Source: Macrostomum lignano
Taxonomy: Eukaryota
Assembly: GCA_002269645.1 (NCBI GenBank)
Contig: NIVC01002666.1
Span: forward strand, 1-59,110
Reading direction: 5' to 3'
DNA: 59,110 bases
Position numbers and translations under genes: made by a program. Each line of letters opens with the position of its first letter. Position 1 is the first letter of the stretch. The notes beneath the pieces were generated by a model that worked only from the letters and a program-made list of their open reading frames with translations, was not told the origin of the DNA and searched no databases. Positions 32,822 to 45,730 of the stretch are shown one piece after another.

Positions 32822-33311
32822 TGAGGCAGTGCAGCTCGTAAATTAAACTGTAAACTGGGTCCCTAACTAGTCTCGAGATGATGGAGTCTGGACGATTTTC
32901 TAGCGAGGCCAGGTACAAAATAATTCTTTTTTGGGTATTGTATATTAGATGAAATCCCAGGAATTTCCCCTCATGAACTCATTCAACTAGTTGGCCCGTA
33001 GTAACAGCCTGCATGCCTTCTCCCTTTTGGGGTTCGCGTCACAACTGAGCGACTTTGAATGCTGAATGTTTAACCTCAGTTTGTGACTAGCAATCTAGTG
33101 CCCCCCTTTGGGGGCGGCCAATAAGCAAAGAGCAAAAGTTATTTATGCGATTCCTTAAGAACAAATTCCGTCTTCAGTTTTATAAATCACCGTTTTCGAG
33201 TAAAATTGTCACACACAAAGGCATTTGATATTAATCTCTTTTTCTAAAAGTAACAAAAGGACACAACGAAATGAAGTCTTCACAAAGATAGGAGGCATTC
33301 CCCCTAAATAG

Positions 33312-33934
33312 AAAACATCCCCCAGACAGCAAGCATCCCCCAGATAGCTAGAATCCCCCCAGATAGCAAGCATCCCCCAGATAGCAAGAATCCCCCAAAT
33401 AGCTAGCATCCCTCAGATAGCAAGTATCCCCAGATAGCAAGCATCCCCCAGATAGCAAGAATCCCCAGATAGCAAGAATCCCCCAGATAGCAAGCATCCC
33501 CAGATAGCAAGAATCCCCCAGATAGCAAGAATCCCCCAGATAGCAAGCATCCCCCAGATAGCAAGCAACCCCCAGATAGCAAGAATCCCCAGATAGCAAG
33601 CATCCCCAGATAGCAAGTATCCCCAGATAGCAAGAATCCCCCAGATAGCAAGAATCCCCCAGATAGCAAGAATCCCCAGATAGCAAGAATCCCCCAGATA
33701 GCAAGAATCCCCCAGATAGCAAGAATCCCCCAGATAGCAAGAATCCCCCAGATAGCAAGAATCCCCCAGATAGCAAGAATCCCCAGATAGCAAGCATCCC
33801 CCAGATAGCAAGCATCCCCCAGATAGCAAGCATCCCCCAGATAGCAAGAATCCCCCAGATAGCAAGAATCCCCAGATAGCAAGCATCCCCAGATAGCAAG
33901 AATCCCCAGATAGCAAGAATCCCCCAGATAGCAA
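33312..33934. repeat. 17/18-bp minisatellite (CCCC[C]AGATAGCAAG[A/C]AT)n
   Basis: Direct reading. Confidence 0.95.
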
Positions 33935-34011
33935 GTTAGCTTTGGATTCTGACAATTCAGCTGCATTGTCAAGGCCTTTCTGTAGCTCTGCTAGTTGCTA
34001 GTTTGCTTTAA

Positions 34012-34338
34012 CTTTAAGCGACATAGGCACACAACCGGCGAGAGGCATTACTGCCCATTCCGCCGACTTCCCTGAGCACACAAGCGTGCGGATACGTACG
34101 CAGTCATACGCACAGGCACACACTCACACAGGAGTGTACAGCGGCCCTTGACTTTCTAATCGTTAGGCACGTACACTTCTGTGTGCCTTGGTGGTTGGCC
34201 CTCAAGGCCGTTAATTGCACGAGCAGAGCCAAGCCGAGATTCCAATTCAGCCCCAAATTAATACGACTGAACTTGGGAATCGAGCCTGGGCTGCTGGCTC
34301 ATAAGAGCGCCACGCCAGACCACTACGCTATTACCCCC
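34012..34338 (-). mobile_element. tRNA-derived SINE, copy 1 (~330 bp)
   Basis: Minus-strand head GGGGGTAATAGCGTAGTGG (A box)...GGCTCGATTCC (B box); body shared with 51274-51588. Confidence 0.75.
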
Positions 34339-35196
34339 TCCTGAGTCCCCTCACTAGGCAGCTTGTACTTCGTATATTAAACCCTAGCCGGGTGTCTCAT
34401 AGAATACTATACTATATTCTTCGAAGTATATTACATAACATGCTTCAGATTTGAAAGAAGAAAAATGAAGGGTTACAATAGATTCTTTTGCAAAGTACCT
34501 CGTGTAACAAACAGTCTTGTGTTACATTGGAATGCCCTTCTATGCAAATGTATTGTTTTATATTATTAAGCATAAACCTAAATTTAAATCACCCGAGGAT
34601 AATAATCTCAAGCATATAAAATTAAGTGCGCTATTAAACCAACTCAGACTTGGGCTCGCGGGAGCTCACGCGTAGAGACTTCCGATCAAAAAGAAGAAAA
34701 TAGCCGCTTTAAAAAATGTTTCTTTTGCACCGTTATACAAAGATACGGATCGCTACCTATGAACAAAGTTGCCAATAGTCACTAGCTACGCAGCAGATCT
34801 AGCAGAACACGAGGACGGGGGCACAGCCAAGAATCGAATACTGATAAAAACACCTGATTCACAACAACAAGACTAGATAGATTATTGAGAAAGCAGACAC
34901 AATAAAACTACTTTAAGCGTTCGCAAAGAAGCCTAATTTAAACAAAAAACAACTTGTTTTGGACATTAGACGGGTCTACACAACACTGCCACTGATACAA
35001 CTCCAGAGCAAGTTCCAAGATCAGGAATTCTTACTTACGAGCCTCCTGCACTCTAAATTAATGGTTCTTAAGATTTCAAAGCAGGTGTAGGGCATACGAT
35101 AAGCGAAAGCAGCGACTCAAATGTGCTCAAACAGAGAGGCAAGCAATGCGGGCTGGTCTGCAGAGGGGCAGGCCGGACCTCAGCTTCAAGCAGGCG

Positions 35197-35844
35197 CTAA
35201 ACCTCGTACTCCCATGGCTCTAAGTGTCGACTGGTGATGACCGTGAGGTTCGTCACTCCCTCACCTTGCTCGGGTTGATGAGCACCATTGGCAATGCCTC
35301 CTGCGCTGTGAGTTCTGCACAGTGTTCTCTTCTGAGCTGCCTCTGGACACGAGGAGGTCAAGGCGGTGGCCGGACGCTGCTGCTGCTGCCGCGCCCTCGG
35401 TTCTTCATCCGAATCAGACAGAATCTCGTCAAAATCCGCCTCGCCGAGGTCGACTCGGAGCCGGCGAAGTTCGCCAAGGATGCGGTTGAACTCCGCCTGC
35501 AGGCGACGTCGCGTGGCCGCCCAATCCTCCGTTGATGCCGCCGCGTCCGGGTCTTGAAGGCGCGCCTGAATCTCGCTGAGGCGATGCTGCAACTCGGACG
35601 CCTCATCAGAGACTTTCGCTGCCATCTTCTCCACCGTTGTTGTCTCCGCAACTGCGTCAGTGGCCACGTCATTGATGCGACCGGATGTAGAGGCCGCTCT
35701 TCCTTCCAGGTCGTCGTGGTCGTCGAAGTTTTGCGGAGTGGGACTGCACCTGCTGCGAGTCTGACGTCGAGCTCTGCTACCGCCGCCCTCCGAGCCCTCC
35801 GAGGGGATGCGGCGGTGCTCCATCAGTTTGCAGAGCTGCTGCAG
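35197..35844 (-). CDS. WS/DGAT-like acyltransferase, last exon (C-terminal extension with coiled coil)
   Basis: Acceptor TTTATAG|CTG CAG CAG; LQQLCKLMEHRR... open to TAG; phase 0 matches the previous exon; GC-rich codon usage. Confidence 0.65.
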   Translation of the reverse strand: MQQLCKLMEHRRIPSEGSEGGGSRARRQTRSRCSPTPQNFDDHDDLEGRAASTSGRINDVATDAVAETTTVEKMAAKVSDEASELQHRLSEIQARLQDPDAAASTEDWAATRRRLQAEFNRILGELRRLRVDLGEADFDEILSDSDEEPRARQQQQRPATALTSSCPEAAQKRTLCRTHSAGGIANGAHQPEQGEGVTNLTVITSRHLEPWEYEV

Positions 35845-36963
35845 CTATAAATTGATTGGTCAACGGATTCGTGGTCTTATCTATTGAGTCAAAACTGAGC
35901 CTGCTCTAGCTCATAATCCCAGCTAGGTGACTGCCTGCACTATAGATGATCAAGCTTTTACTAGATTAAAAAAATTGCAGTCTTTGACAACGTGTTTTAT
36001 TGATCTCGATTTATCGCATTAGTTGCTTAGACCGAGGCAAGCGAGAAATTATTTATGAAAAAGCAAGGGAACCGTAATCCCAGATCAACTTGTGAAATTT
36101 TTGCAGGACAACGACTTCCTTCTCGTCATAATCTTCTCTGCAGGCTTATCAACTAACCGGTGAGAAAATCGCTACAGGTGGTCGACAGGGACGAGTTTGG
36201 GGCAAGCCGCTGGAGCCTACAGGTAGGCATGCAGAAACATTACTGTAAAAGATTAGGGCTAAAAATGTATCCAAAAGGCTGCTGCTGCCGCACCTGCGGC
36301 TTCAAACCGCTAAAGAGAAAGGCTACATGATTGCGCGTTGCAAGAGGAAATAACAGTTCCCAAATCCCCTAGTTCCTGATTGAGACCCTCCCAACCGGCA
36401 AATAGCCGGGGCATCGAAAACTATTAGCTGAGAAAGCTCGAGGCGTGGCAGCGTTTGAGCTGTGCTTGTGCTCAGGTCGAGCTGCTCTATTTACGCTCAC
36501 AGGGCGGGGCCTGAAGCAAAAAGCCTCGCCGGGAAAAGAAACTAAAAAGAACCTGGCGCGGAATCAGCCTCCGGGTCATGTTTTGCGACTTCGGCCAATC
36601 GGGGCGAAAATGACTGACGCCTGACGATCCAAAATTGTCAGAGGCCGCTGTATCCGTGTGATGTGCGCGCCCAGGGGTCAGCAGGATGGGCATGGCAGCT
36701 TGCTTCCTCGCCCAAAATGCCGGTCCCACTGTCACCTTGACGATTTGCGGCACTGCAAAACTAACCACGAGCTAACTAGCTGAAAAAGCTACAGATCGAT
36801 GTAGTGATATGAAAATCACTAAATATCAATATTTATACCACTTCCCTGCCTCCTGTCAAACTAAATTTTATAGCTCTGTTTGAAAAAAACTTAACACATA
36901 TCTCCACAGTATATTTCTTTCCAGGAAATGTTTATCGAGATCCGGAAGGACTTCAATACTCAC

Positions 36964-37581
36964 CTCTCCCACCAGGCACTTCATTATGAAGTCCGCGTGC
37001 TGAACTGTGTCCTCAGCCGCCCACAGGCTGATGGACAGGCGTCCCGCCCAGGTGACGAACGCCACGGACAGCCCGACGGCCTGCGGTGGCGGCGGCAGCC
37101 AGCAGGCCACGCCGGTCAGTTGCGGTCCCCCGCCGGCCAGCCGGAGTGGCGCCGCCGGCCCTGGCAGACTGGCCGCCAGGCAGGTGGACCGGCTGGCCGT
37201 CACGCGGACTGCCCGGCCAGCTAAAGAGGCGGGCAGGCAGCCAGCCAAGGTTCGATTCACCAGGTCGATGGCCCGGCAGCGACCGCTGGCTTTGAACTTT
37301 TCAAGCCGCCGTCGGAGCTGCCAGAGGCGCGGAATGACGCCCTCGACGCTCACGGGCAGGTCGAGGCTGTCCAACACGTAGAGGCTGTCCAGGCCGCGGC
37401 GGGCGCGCCTCTGACCGCCGATGTCTATGGGGAAAACTGCGCGACAGTCGAACGGCCGGGCCACGCCCCGGATCTGCTGATAGGAGCGGAGAGCTCCGGA
37501 CAGCAGGGTGAGGAAAAGCTCGTGATAGGTGTTCTTCGTGATCTGCTTGACTCGCTCCAGGCCCGACAAAGGCACCGTCTC
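36964..37581 (-). CDS. WS/DGAT-like acyltransferase, exon 3 (WS_DGAT C-terminal domain)
   Basis: ETVPLSGLERVKQITKNTYHELFLTLLSGALRSY (cf. TVNDV...GALRRY), LPVSVEG...PRL, SLPGP, GLSVAFVTWAGRL; donor GAG|GTGAGT. The acceptor could alternatively be 24 nt upstream. Confidence 0.8.
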
Positions 37582-37603
37582 CTGCGGGTCGGGCAAGGTC
37601 ATG

Positions 37604-38308
37604 GACTGCTCACACTATGGATTAGAGACTGCTCACACTATGGATTAGAGACTGCTCACACTATGGATTAGAGACTGCTCACAGCATGGATTAGAGACTG
37701 CTCACAGCATGGACTAGAGACTGCTCACAGCATGGATTAAAGAATGCTCACAGCATGGATTAGAGACTGCTCACAGCAGAGATTAGAGACTGCTCACACT
37801 ATGGATTAGAGACAGCTCACAGTAGCGATTAGAGACTGCTCACACTATGGATTAGAGACTGCTCACAGCATGGATTAGAGACTGCTCACACTATGGATTA
37901 GAGACTGCTCACACTATGGATTAGAGACTGCTCACAGCATGGATTAGAGACTGCTCAAACTATGGATTAGAGACTGCTCACAGCATGGATTAGAGACTGC
38001 TCACACTATGGATTAGAGACAGCTCACAGTAGCGATTATAGACTGCTCACAGCATGGATTAGAGACTGCTCGAACTATGGATTAGAGACTGCTCACAGCA
38101 TGGATTAGAGACTGCTCACAGCATGGATTAGAGACTGCTCACAGCATGGATTAGAGACTGCTCACAGCATGGATTAGAGACTGCTCACAGCATGGATTAG
38201 AGACTGCTCACACTATGGATTAGAGACTGCTCACAGCATGGATTAGAGACTGCTCACACTATGGATTAGAGACAGCTCACAGTAGCGATTATAGACTGCT
38301 CACAGCAG
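37604..38308. repeat. 23-bp minisatellite (CTGCTCACA[CT/GC]ATGGATTAGAGA)n
   Basis: Direct reading; intronic. Confidence 0.95.
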
Positions 38309-38721
38309 ATATTGAGCATGTTTACTCTCGAGATCAGAGAAATTGCAGTTGAGAATGTATATGCTGAGTATGCTGAGCTCAAATTGCATTCCTACTCAAG
38401 CCAAAAGTGTTTATGCAACACTCGCTTCACTGGCTTCATTGATTAAAACAAAACATGATACAAATTGTAATCCGCCGCGTGAGTGTTAATCCGTACCGCT
38501 AGGCATAGCTAATGGAGAATGGCTTTAACTGCACGCTAGGGAGAGATAACCAAGTGATTCTGGGTGCCAGGGGTACTCTCAATCCTAGTGGGGGGCTCGT
38601 ATTTCCATGATTCTTGATATTGACTAGCAGCTTGCTAGTCAGCTTGCAGCAGCTTGTAGCTTTCAGAAACAACTCCTTTGTCCTTAATGGGATCGCGCGC
38701 GAATACAGGGAGTCGTACATG

Positions 38722-39606
38722 AAGGGAAGGAGGGTGAGGATCGGGAAGGAGGGTGAGGATCGGGAAGGAGGGTGAGGAGCGGGAAGGAGGGTGAGGATCG
38801 GGAAGGAGGGTGAGGATCGGGAAGGAGGGTGATGAGCGGGAAGGAGGGTGAGGATCGGGAAGGAGGGTGAGGAGCGGGAAGGAGGGTGAGGATCGGGAAG
38901 GAGGGTGAGGATCGGGAAGGAGGGTGAGGATCGGGAAGGAGGGTGAGGATCGGGAAGGAGGGTGATGAGCGGGAAGGAGGGTGATGAGCGGGAAGGAGGG
39001 TGATGAGCGGGAAGGAGGGTGAGAATCGGGAAGGAGGGTGATGAGCGGGAAGGAGGGTGATGAGCGGGAAGGAGGGTGATGAGCGGGAAGGAGGGTGAGA
39101 ATCGGGAAGGAGGGTGAGGAGCGGGAAGGAGGGTGAGGATTGGGAAGGAGGGTGAGGATTGGGAAGGAGGGTGAGGATTGGGAAGGAGGGTGAGGATCGG
39201 GAAGGAGGGTGAGGATTGGGAAGGAGGGTGAGGATCGGGAAGGAGGGTGAGGATTGGGAAGGAGGGTGAGGATCGGGAAGGAGGGTGAGGATTGGGAAGG
39301 AGGGTGAGGATCGGGAAGGAGGGTGATGAGCGGGAAGGAGGGTGAGGATCGGGAAGGAGGGTGAGGATCGGGAAGGAGGGTGAGGATTGGGAAGGAGGGT
39401 GAGGATTGGGAAGGAAGTGATGAGCGGGAAGGAGGGTGATGAGCGGGAAGGAGGGTGAAGATCAAGAAGGAGGGTGATGAGCGGGAAGGAGGGTGAGGAT
39501 CGGGAAGGAGGGTGAGGATTGGGAAGGAGAGTGAGGAGCGGGAAGGAGGGTGAGGAGCGGGAAGGAGGGTGAGGAGCGGGAAGGAGGGTGAGGAGCGGGA
39601 AGGAGG
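38722..39606. repeat. 19-bp purine-rich minisatellite (GGGAAGGAGGGTGAGGATC)n
   Basis: Direct reading; intronic. Confidence 0.95.
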
Positions 39607-39959
39607 ATGACAAGGAGGGTATCGGGGAGTGCGAAAGAAAAGAGAAAAAAGGCCGTTTAAGGAGAAGAGCAGAGTAGGAAACAGGTAGGTGCATGGAGGC
39701 CAGGGTGGTAAACACGGAAGTGCTGGCAAACGGCTTCTATTTTAAAAAATTAGAAGCCGTTATTTGAGGCCCACGCCCCCAGACTGTCAGGGCGGATGCC
39801 CCAGCTGGCGATCTCTTTGGCTCATATTTAATAAAAACCCTTAGCTTTGCTCAGGCCACGCAGGTGCGCCTCTAATGATAGTTACGTATCCTGAATGCTA
39901 CAAACTATTCATTCAATCAATATTCGTTGAAGAAGATTATTTTGAGAAAAAATATTCAC

Positions 39960-40113
39960 CTGTAAAAGCGTTCGGCGCCTTGCTCTTTTATTCGGTTCTT
40001 CTTGTACTTGCTGTTGTTGCTGTTGCTGTTGTTGTTGCTGTTGTTGTTGTTGTTGTTGTTGTTGCTGTTGTTGTTGTTGCTGTTGTTGTTGTTGTTGTTG
40101 TTGCTGTTGTTGC

Positions 40114-40153
<40 letters not shown>

Positions 40154-40976
40154 GCTGTTGCTGTTTTTTCGTCCGCCTGCGAGAGGCGCTGCAGTGCAGC
40201 ATGTTGTGGTCGCTGGCATTCAGCAGGAAGCTGCCCAGCAGCACGCCCGGGACGGTCAGCAGGCTGCGCAGGCTGTCCCTGCCGAATAGCCGGTTGGCGA
40301 AGGTCTCCCGCTGCGGCTGCGGCTGCTGCTGAGACTTCCGCCTAGCAACCGGCGACTCTGCTGCAGCAGGCTCGGCTTCCGGCTCCAGCAGGGTGCCGAC
40401 CAGCATGTCCAGCGTGCTTCGCCAGTCAGCCAAGCACGGGTGCTGCCTGTACACCACCAGCCCGCTGCCAAGGAACTCCGCCTGATGGTGCACTTCCCAG
40501 AGCGGCCTGTCGGGCTCGAACCCGCGACCTGCCTGGCTAGAGAGGAAATATTCGAGATCCTCCTCGGTCCGCAGCGGCGGCTCGATTTCCCGGAATTGCT
40601 CCTCCGGCCGGAACAGGCCGTCCAGCGGCGCCCAGGCGAGCCCAACGCCGGTGGCAACCGGGCGCTGCGACAACCGGGGAAACCGGGGCCGCCCGGTGTC
40701 CGGGTCCGCGGCCATCAGCAGCCGCTCGGTGAAGGCCCGACGCAACTCGGACAGGCTGAGACCGGCCGGCTGCAGCTCGAGCCGGACAAGAACAGCGGCA
40801 GGAGATGCCGATGGCGAGCGAGTCGAGGGCGGCGCCTGCGAGCCGCTGACGGAAGATGACGAAGAGGCTGCAGCCGAGGAGCTCCAGGCCGCCGGTTGGT
40901 CCGGGGGGGTGCCGGGACCGCGGCGCAGCCACAGGAGCTCGTTGCGGTTCAGGAAGGTCCGGCCAAGGTAGGCGGC
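39960..40976 (-). CDS. WS/DGAT-like acyltransferase, exon 2 (catalytic region and polyQ)
   Basis: Acceptor CACAG|GCC; LNRNELLWL, RFPRLSQR, DRPLWEVH, YRQHPCLAD (HHxxxDG-like); donor CAG|GTGAAT. Confidence 0.78.
40008..40163 (-). repeat. (CAA/CAG)n tract encoding ~52 consecutive Gln
   Basis: 156 nt of TTG/CTG on the plus strand, in frame with the acyltransferase exon. Confidence 0.9.
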
Positions 40977-40998
40977 CTGTGGTTCAGGGGTGGAGTAG

Positions 40999-42612
40999 AG
41001 TGGATTGCTAATCTACTCACTGGATTAAGGAATACAGTGGATTGCTAATCTATTCACTGGATTAAGGAATACAGTGGATTGCTAATCTACTCACTGGATT
41101 AAGGAATACAGTGGATTGCTAATCTACTCACTGGATTAAGGAATACAGTGGATTGCTAATCTACTCACTGGATTAAGGAATACAGTGGATTGCTAATCTA
41201 CTCACTGGATTAAGGAATACAGTGGATTGCTAATCTACTCACTGGATTAAGGAATACAGTGGATTGCTAATCTACTCACTGGATTAAGGAATACAGTGGA
41301 TTGCTAATCTACTCACTGGATTAAGGAATACAGTGGATTGCTAATCTATTCACCGGATTAAGAAATATAATGAATTGTTAATCTATTCACTGGATTAAGG
41401 AATACAATGGATTGCTAATCTATTCACTGGATTAAGGAATACAATGGATTGCTAATCTACTCACTGGATTAAGGAATACAACGGATTGCTAATCTATTCA
41501 TTGGATTAAGGAATACAGTGGATTGCTAATCTATTCACCGGATTAAGAAATATAATGGATTTCTAATCTATTCACTGGATTAAGAAATATAATGGATTGC
41601 TAATCTACTCACTGGATCAAGAAATACAGTGGATTGCTAATCTATTCACGGGATAAAGGAACACAATGGATTGCTAATCTATTCACGGGATAAAGGAACA
41701 CAATGGATTACTAATCTACTCACTGGATTAAGGAACACAATGGATTGCTAATCTACTCACTGGATTAAGGAATACAGTGGATTGCTAATTTATTCACTGG
41801 ATTAAGGAACACAATGGATTGCTAATCTACTCACTGGATTAAGGAATACAGTGGATTGCTAATTTATTCACTGGATTAAGGAACACAATGGATTGCTAAT
41901 CTACTCACTGGATTAAGGAATACAGTGGATTGCTAATCTATTCACCGGATTAAGAAATATAATGGATTTCTAATCTATTCACTGGATTAAGAAATATAAT
42001 GGATTGCTAATCTACTCACTGGATCAAGAAATACAGTGGATTGCTAATCTACTCACCGGATTAAGGAATAGAGTGGATTGCTAATCTACTCACCGGATTA
42101 AGGAATACAATGGATTGCTAATCTATTTTCCGGATTAAGGAGTACAATGGATTGCTAATCTATTCACTGGATTAAGGAAAACAAAGAATTGCCAATCTAT
42201 TCACCGGATTAAGAAATATAATGGATTGCTAATCTATTCACGGGATAAAGGAACACAATGGATTGCTAATCTATTCACGGGATAAAGGAACACAATGGAT
42301 TACTAATCTACTCACTGGATTAAGGAACACAATGGATTGCTAATCTACTCACTGGATTAAGGAATACAGTGGATTGCTAATTTATTCACTGGATTAAGGA
42401 ACACAATGGATTGCTAATCTACTCACTGGATTAAGGAATACAGTGGATTGCTAATTTATTCACTGGATTAAGGAACACAATGGATTGCTAATCTACTCAC
42501 TGGATTAAGGAATACAGTGGATTGCTAATCTACTCACTGGATTAAGGAATACAGTGGATTGCTAATTTATTCACTGGATTAAGGAACACAATGGATTGCT
42601 AATCTATTCACC
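40999..42612. repeat. 37-bp minisatellite (GTGGATTGCTAATCTACTCACTGGATTAAGGAATACA)n
   Basis: About 43 copies filling almost the whole intron 40977-42628. Confidence 0.95.
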
Positions 42613-42628
42613 GGACTGCCAGCCTCAC

Positions 42629-43087
42629 CTGCAGCAACCGCCGGATGCCACAGGCCAGAGCAGCCAGAAGGCCCAGCAACAGCAGCACAGGCAGAGACAG
42701 AACTGCTGACACGGCCACGTTGAAAGCGGTGGAGCAGTACTGGCCCAGCAGGTTGCTCTCCACCGGATGCTCCACTGTTTTCACCTTCGCCGAGGGAAAT
42801 CCCGCGACCGTGGTCACCTGGCTGAGCTGGTGCTCCAGACTGTCGCTGGTGACGTCATCATCGTCTTCGGGCGAGCCGGCCCGCCGGAGCAGGCGGCTGC
42901 TGCTGGGCCGGAAGTCCTCGGAGCCGCTGCTGCTCACGGATTTGAATGTCAGCTGCGGCGATTCGCACCCGCCCCGCTGCCGGAGTTCTTGCGCCGTCGC
43001 CGAAGAGGTGGAAGCCCCTGACGTCCAGCGGGCTGACATCCCGTCTGCTGCTGCTTCTCCGGCCGCGACGACGTGCACTTTTGGCAT
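42629..43087 (-). CDS. WS/DGAT-like acyltransferase, exon 1 (Ser-rich N-terminus and TM helix)
   Basis: ATG directly after an in-frame TGA; hydrophobic VAVSAVLSLPVLLLLGLLAALACGI; donor CAG|GTGAGG, phase 0. Confidence 0.65.
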
Positions 43088-44552
43088 TCAGTCGCCCTGA
43101 CTGTCCCCCCTCTGCTAACCGTCTTCACGGCAGTCTAGTCGGCTGTTGACTTAAAGCAGAACCTTGCCCCGGCATAGGAAGGAAGTGCGGACCGGTTGGT
43201 TACCTGCAGCTTCTGCCTCTCGCGTAGTCCGCAATGTTTTGAGGCGGTCTGGGGCTGACGCTTGCCGCGCGCTCGAATAGAGGGCAGGGGAGAGGGTGAG
43301 GGCGAGTCTGAGGCATAGCGGCAGCTACGAGGTGGCTGACAGCTTGCTCTGCCTGTAGACAGGGGAGACGACAGCCCAGCCAATGGGACTGGTGCCTAGT
43401 GAGGGATGGGCATTGGGTTGAATAGAGGTAAGGGCAGAAGAGCAGGGAGGCTGGAAGGGGAGCCGCGAAGACGATGACATCGCGATGAAGGACTAAGTAC
43501 TTACTTAGGGCGAATGCTCATAGCAATATTGATGAGCCTCAGCCATTACGAGGCAGTTTCGTGTTTCACCTGATTTCTCTTCATCTTAACTCTTTAACAG
43601 CCCAGGGGAAGAGCTCGCCTGGCGCGCGGTCCCCTGACGCCGGGGGACAATTGATGATTGATAATTGACTTTGACTTGCCGAGGGCACGGGCGGACAGAC
43701 AGAGACTGACATTGGGGACACTGAGATTCTCTTTCAGCCCCCCCCCCCTAGCTGTCTTCCCGGCTTCCTGTTTCCCATACGGACTAGCCCCGATTTATAA
43801 AGATCCCACGCAGGGTAGAATGCCAGGCCGCCGATTATTGCTTTCTTTGAATTCTCATCGTCCTTCCAGATGAGGCGTCAGGCAGTTCCTTCCTACTGCA
43901 GCTCACATCCCAGCCTGCGCACTGCTGCATCAGCCCCCCTGCTCTCTGAGGCTTTCATCCCCAGCCTCCGCCCAGATTTTCTCCTGATGAGGAGGTGCTA
44001 ATTGGTTTAAAATTGCAATGAAGATGGATAATTAAAAGCTGTCACAGCGAAGGGTGACGAAGCTGCTCTGTCTTGAGAACAAAGCGATGAAGGAAAAAAT
44101 GAAGAGCAAGTAATTGATACTGTGATTCGCCTGTTGTCAATAGTCGCACACAGGTGACTGACAGCAACTGCAGGTGGCCACACGAACAGGTGGCAAACTA
44201 ATTGTGCCGGTCTCCTTGACCAGTGATTGATAGCCCCAACTCACTGGAGAGGCCTCAGATTGGCAATTATCTGCAGTTATTGAAAATCTTCGCCTCAAAG
44301 GTGCCGATTGATTTCACTAATGACACCCGCGCAGACCACCTGCAGAGACCCGTCAACAACTCGGATAGATAATTATCAGCTTCAAGACTTTCACATCCTG
44401 CTTTGATGAGAAACTAACAACAAAGAATTTCGTCAAGGCAGACAGACGGCTTCCTCATCAGTTCTTACCTTCAAACGGTCTTCTCGCACTAAGATGCTTC
44501 ATGAATTTGATAAAGAAAATTGATTTATTGCACCACTTGTCTGGCAACCGGA

Positions 44553-45730
44553 GTGAGTATCTGGGAACCGAAGTGAGGAGTGTCAGGGAACCGAAGTGAG
44601 GAGTGTCTGGGAACCGAAGTGAGGAGTGTCTGGGAACCGAAGTGAGGAGTGTCTGGGAACCGAGATGAGGAGTATCTGGGAACCGAAGTGAGGAGTGTCA
44701 GGGAACCGAAGTGAGGAGTGTCTGGGAACCGAGATGAGGAGTGTCTGGGAACCGAAGTGAGGAGTGTCTGGGAACCGGGGTGAGGAGTGTCTGGGAACCG
44801 GGGTGAGGAGTGTCTGGGAACCGGTGAGGAGTATCTGGGAACCGAAGTGAGGAGTATCTGGGAACCGAAGTGAGGAGTGTCTGGGAACCGAAGTGAGGAG
44901 TATCTGGGAACCGAAGTGAGGAGTGTCAGGGAACCGAAGTGAGGAGTGTCTGGGAACCGAAGTGAGGAGTGTCTGGGAACCGGTGAGGAGTGTCTGGGAA
45001 CCGGTGAGGAGTGTCTGGGAACCGAAGTGAGGAGTGTCTGGGAACCGGTGAGGAGTGTCTGGGAACCGAAGTGAGGAGTGTCTGGGAACCGGTGAGGAGT
45101 GTCTGGGAACCGGGATGAGGAGTGTCTGGGAACCGAGATGAGGAGTGTCTGGGAACCGAAGTGAGGAGTGTCTGGGAACCGGGATGAGGAGTGTCTGGGA
45201 ACCGGGATGAGGAGTGTCTGGGAACCGGGATGAGGAGTGTCTGGGAACCGGGATGAGGAGTATCTGGGAACCGAAGTGAGGAGTGTCTGGGAACCGAAGT
45301 GAGGAGTGTCTGGGAACCGGCGTGAGGAGTGTCTGGGAACCGAAGTGAGGAGTGTCTGGGAACCGGGGTGAGGAGTGTCAGGGAACCGAAGTGAGGAGTG
45401 TCTGGGAACCGGGGTGAGGAGTGTCTGGGAACCGAAGTGAGGAGTGTCTGGGAACCGGTGAGGAGTGTCTGGGAACCGGGATGAGAAGTGTCTGGGAACC
45501 GGTGAGGTGTCTGGGAACCGGGATGAGGAGTGTCTGGGAACCGGGATGAGGAGTGTCTGGGAACCGGGGTGAGGAGTGTCTGGGAACCGGGATGAGAAGT
45601 GTCTGGGAACCGGTGAGGAGTGTCTGGGAACCGGGATGAGGAGTGTCTGGGAACCGGGAAGAGGAGTGTCTGGGAACCGGGGTGAGGAGTGTCTGGGAAC
45701 CGAAGTAACGATTGTCTGGGAACCGGGTTG
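44553..45730. repeat. 21-23-bp minisatellite (CTGGGAACCGAAGTGAGGAGTGT)n
   Basis: Direct reading. Confidence 0.95.

Noticed and set aside
40999-42612. CRISPR-like appearance of the 37-bp and 30/31-bp arrays
   Set aside because: Units are head-to-tail with no unique spacers, there are no cas genes, and the context is eukaryotic and intronic.
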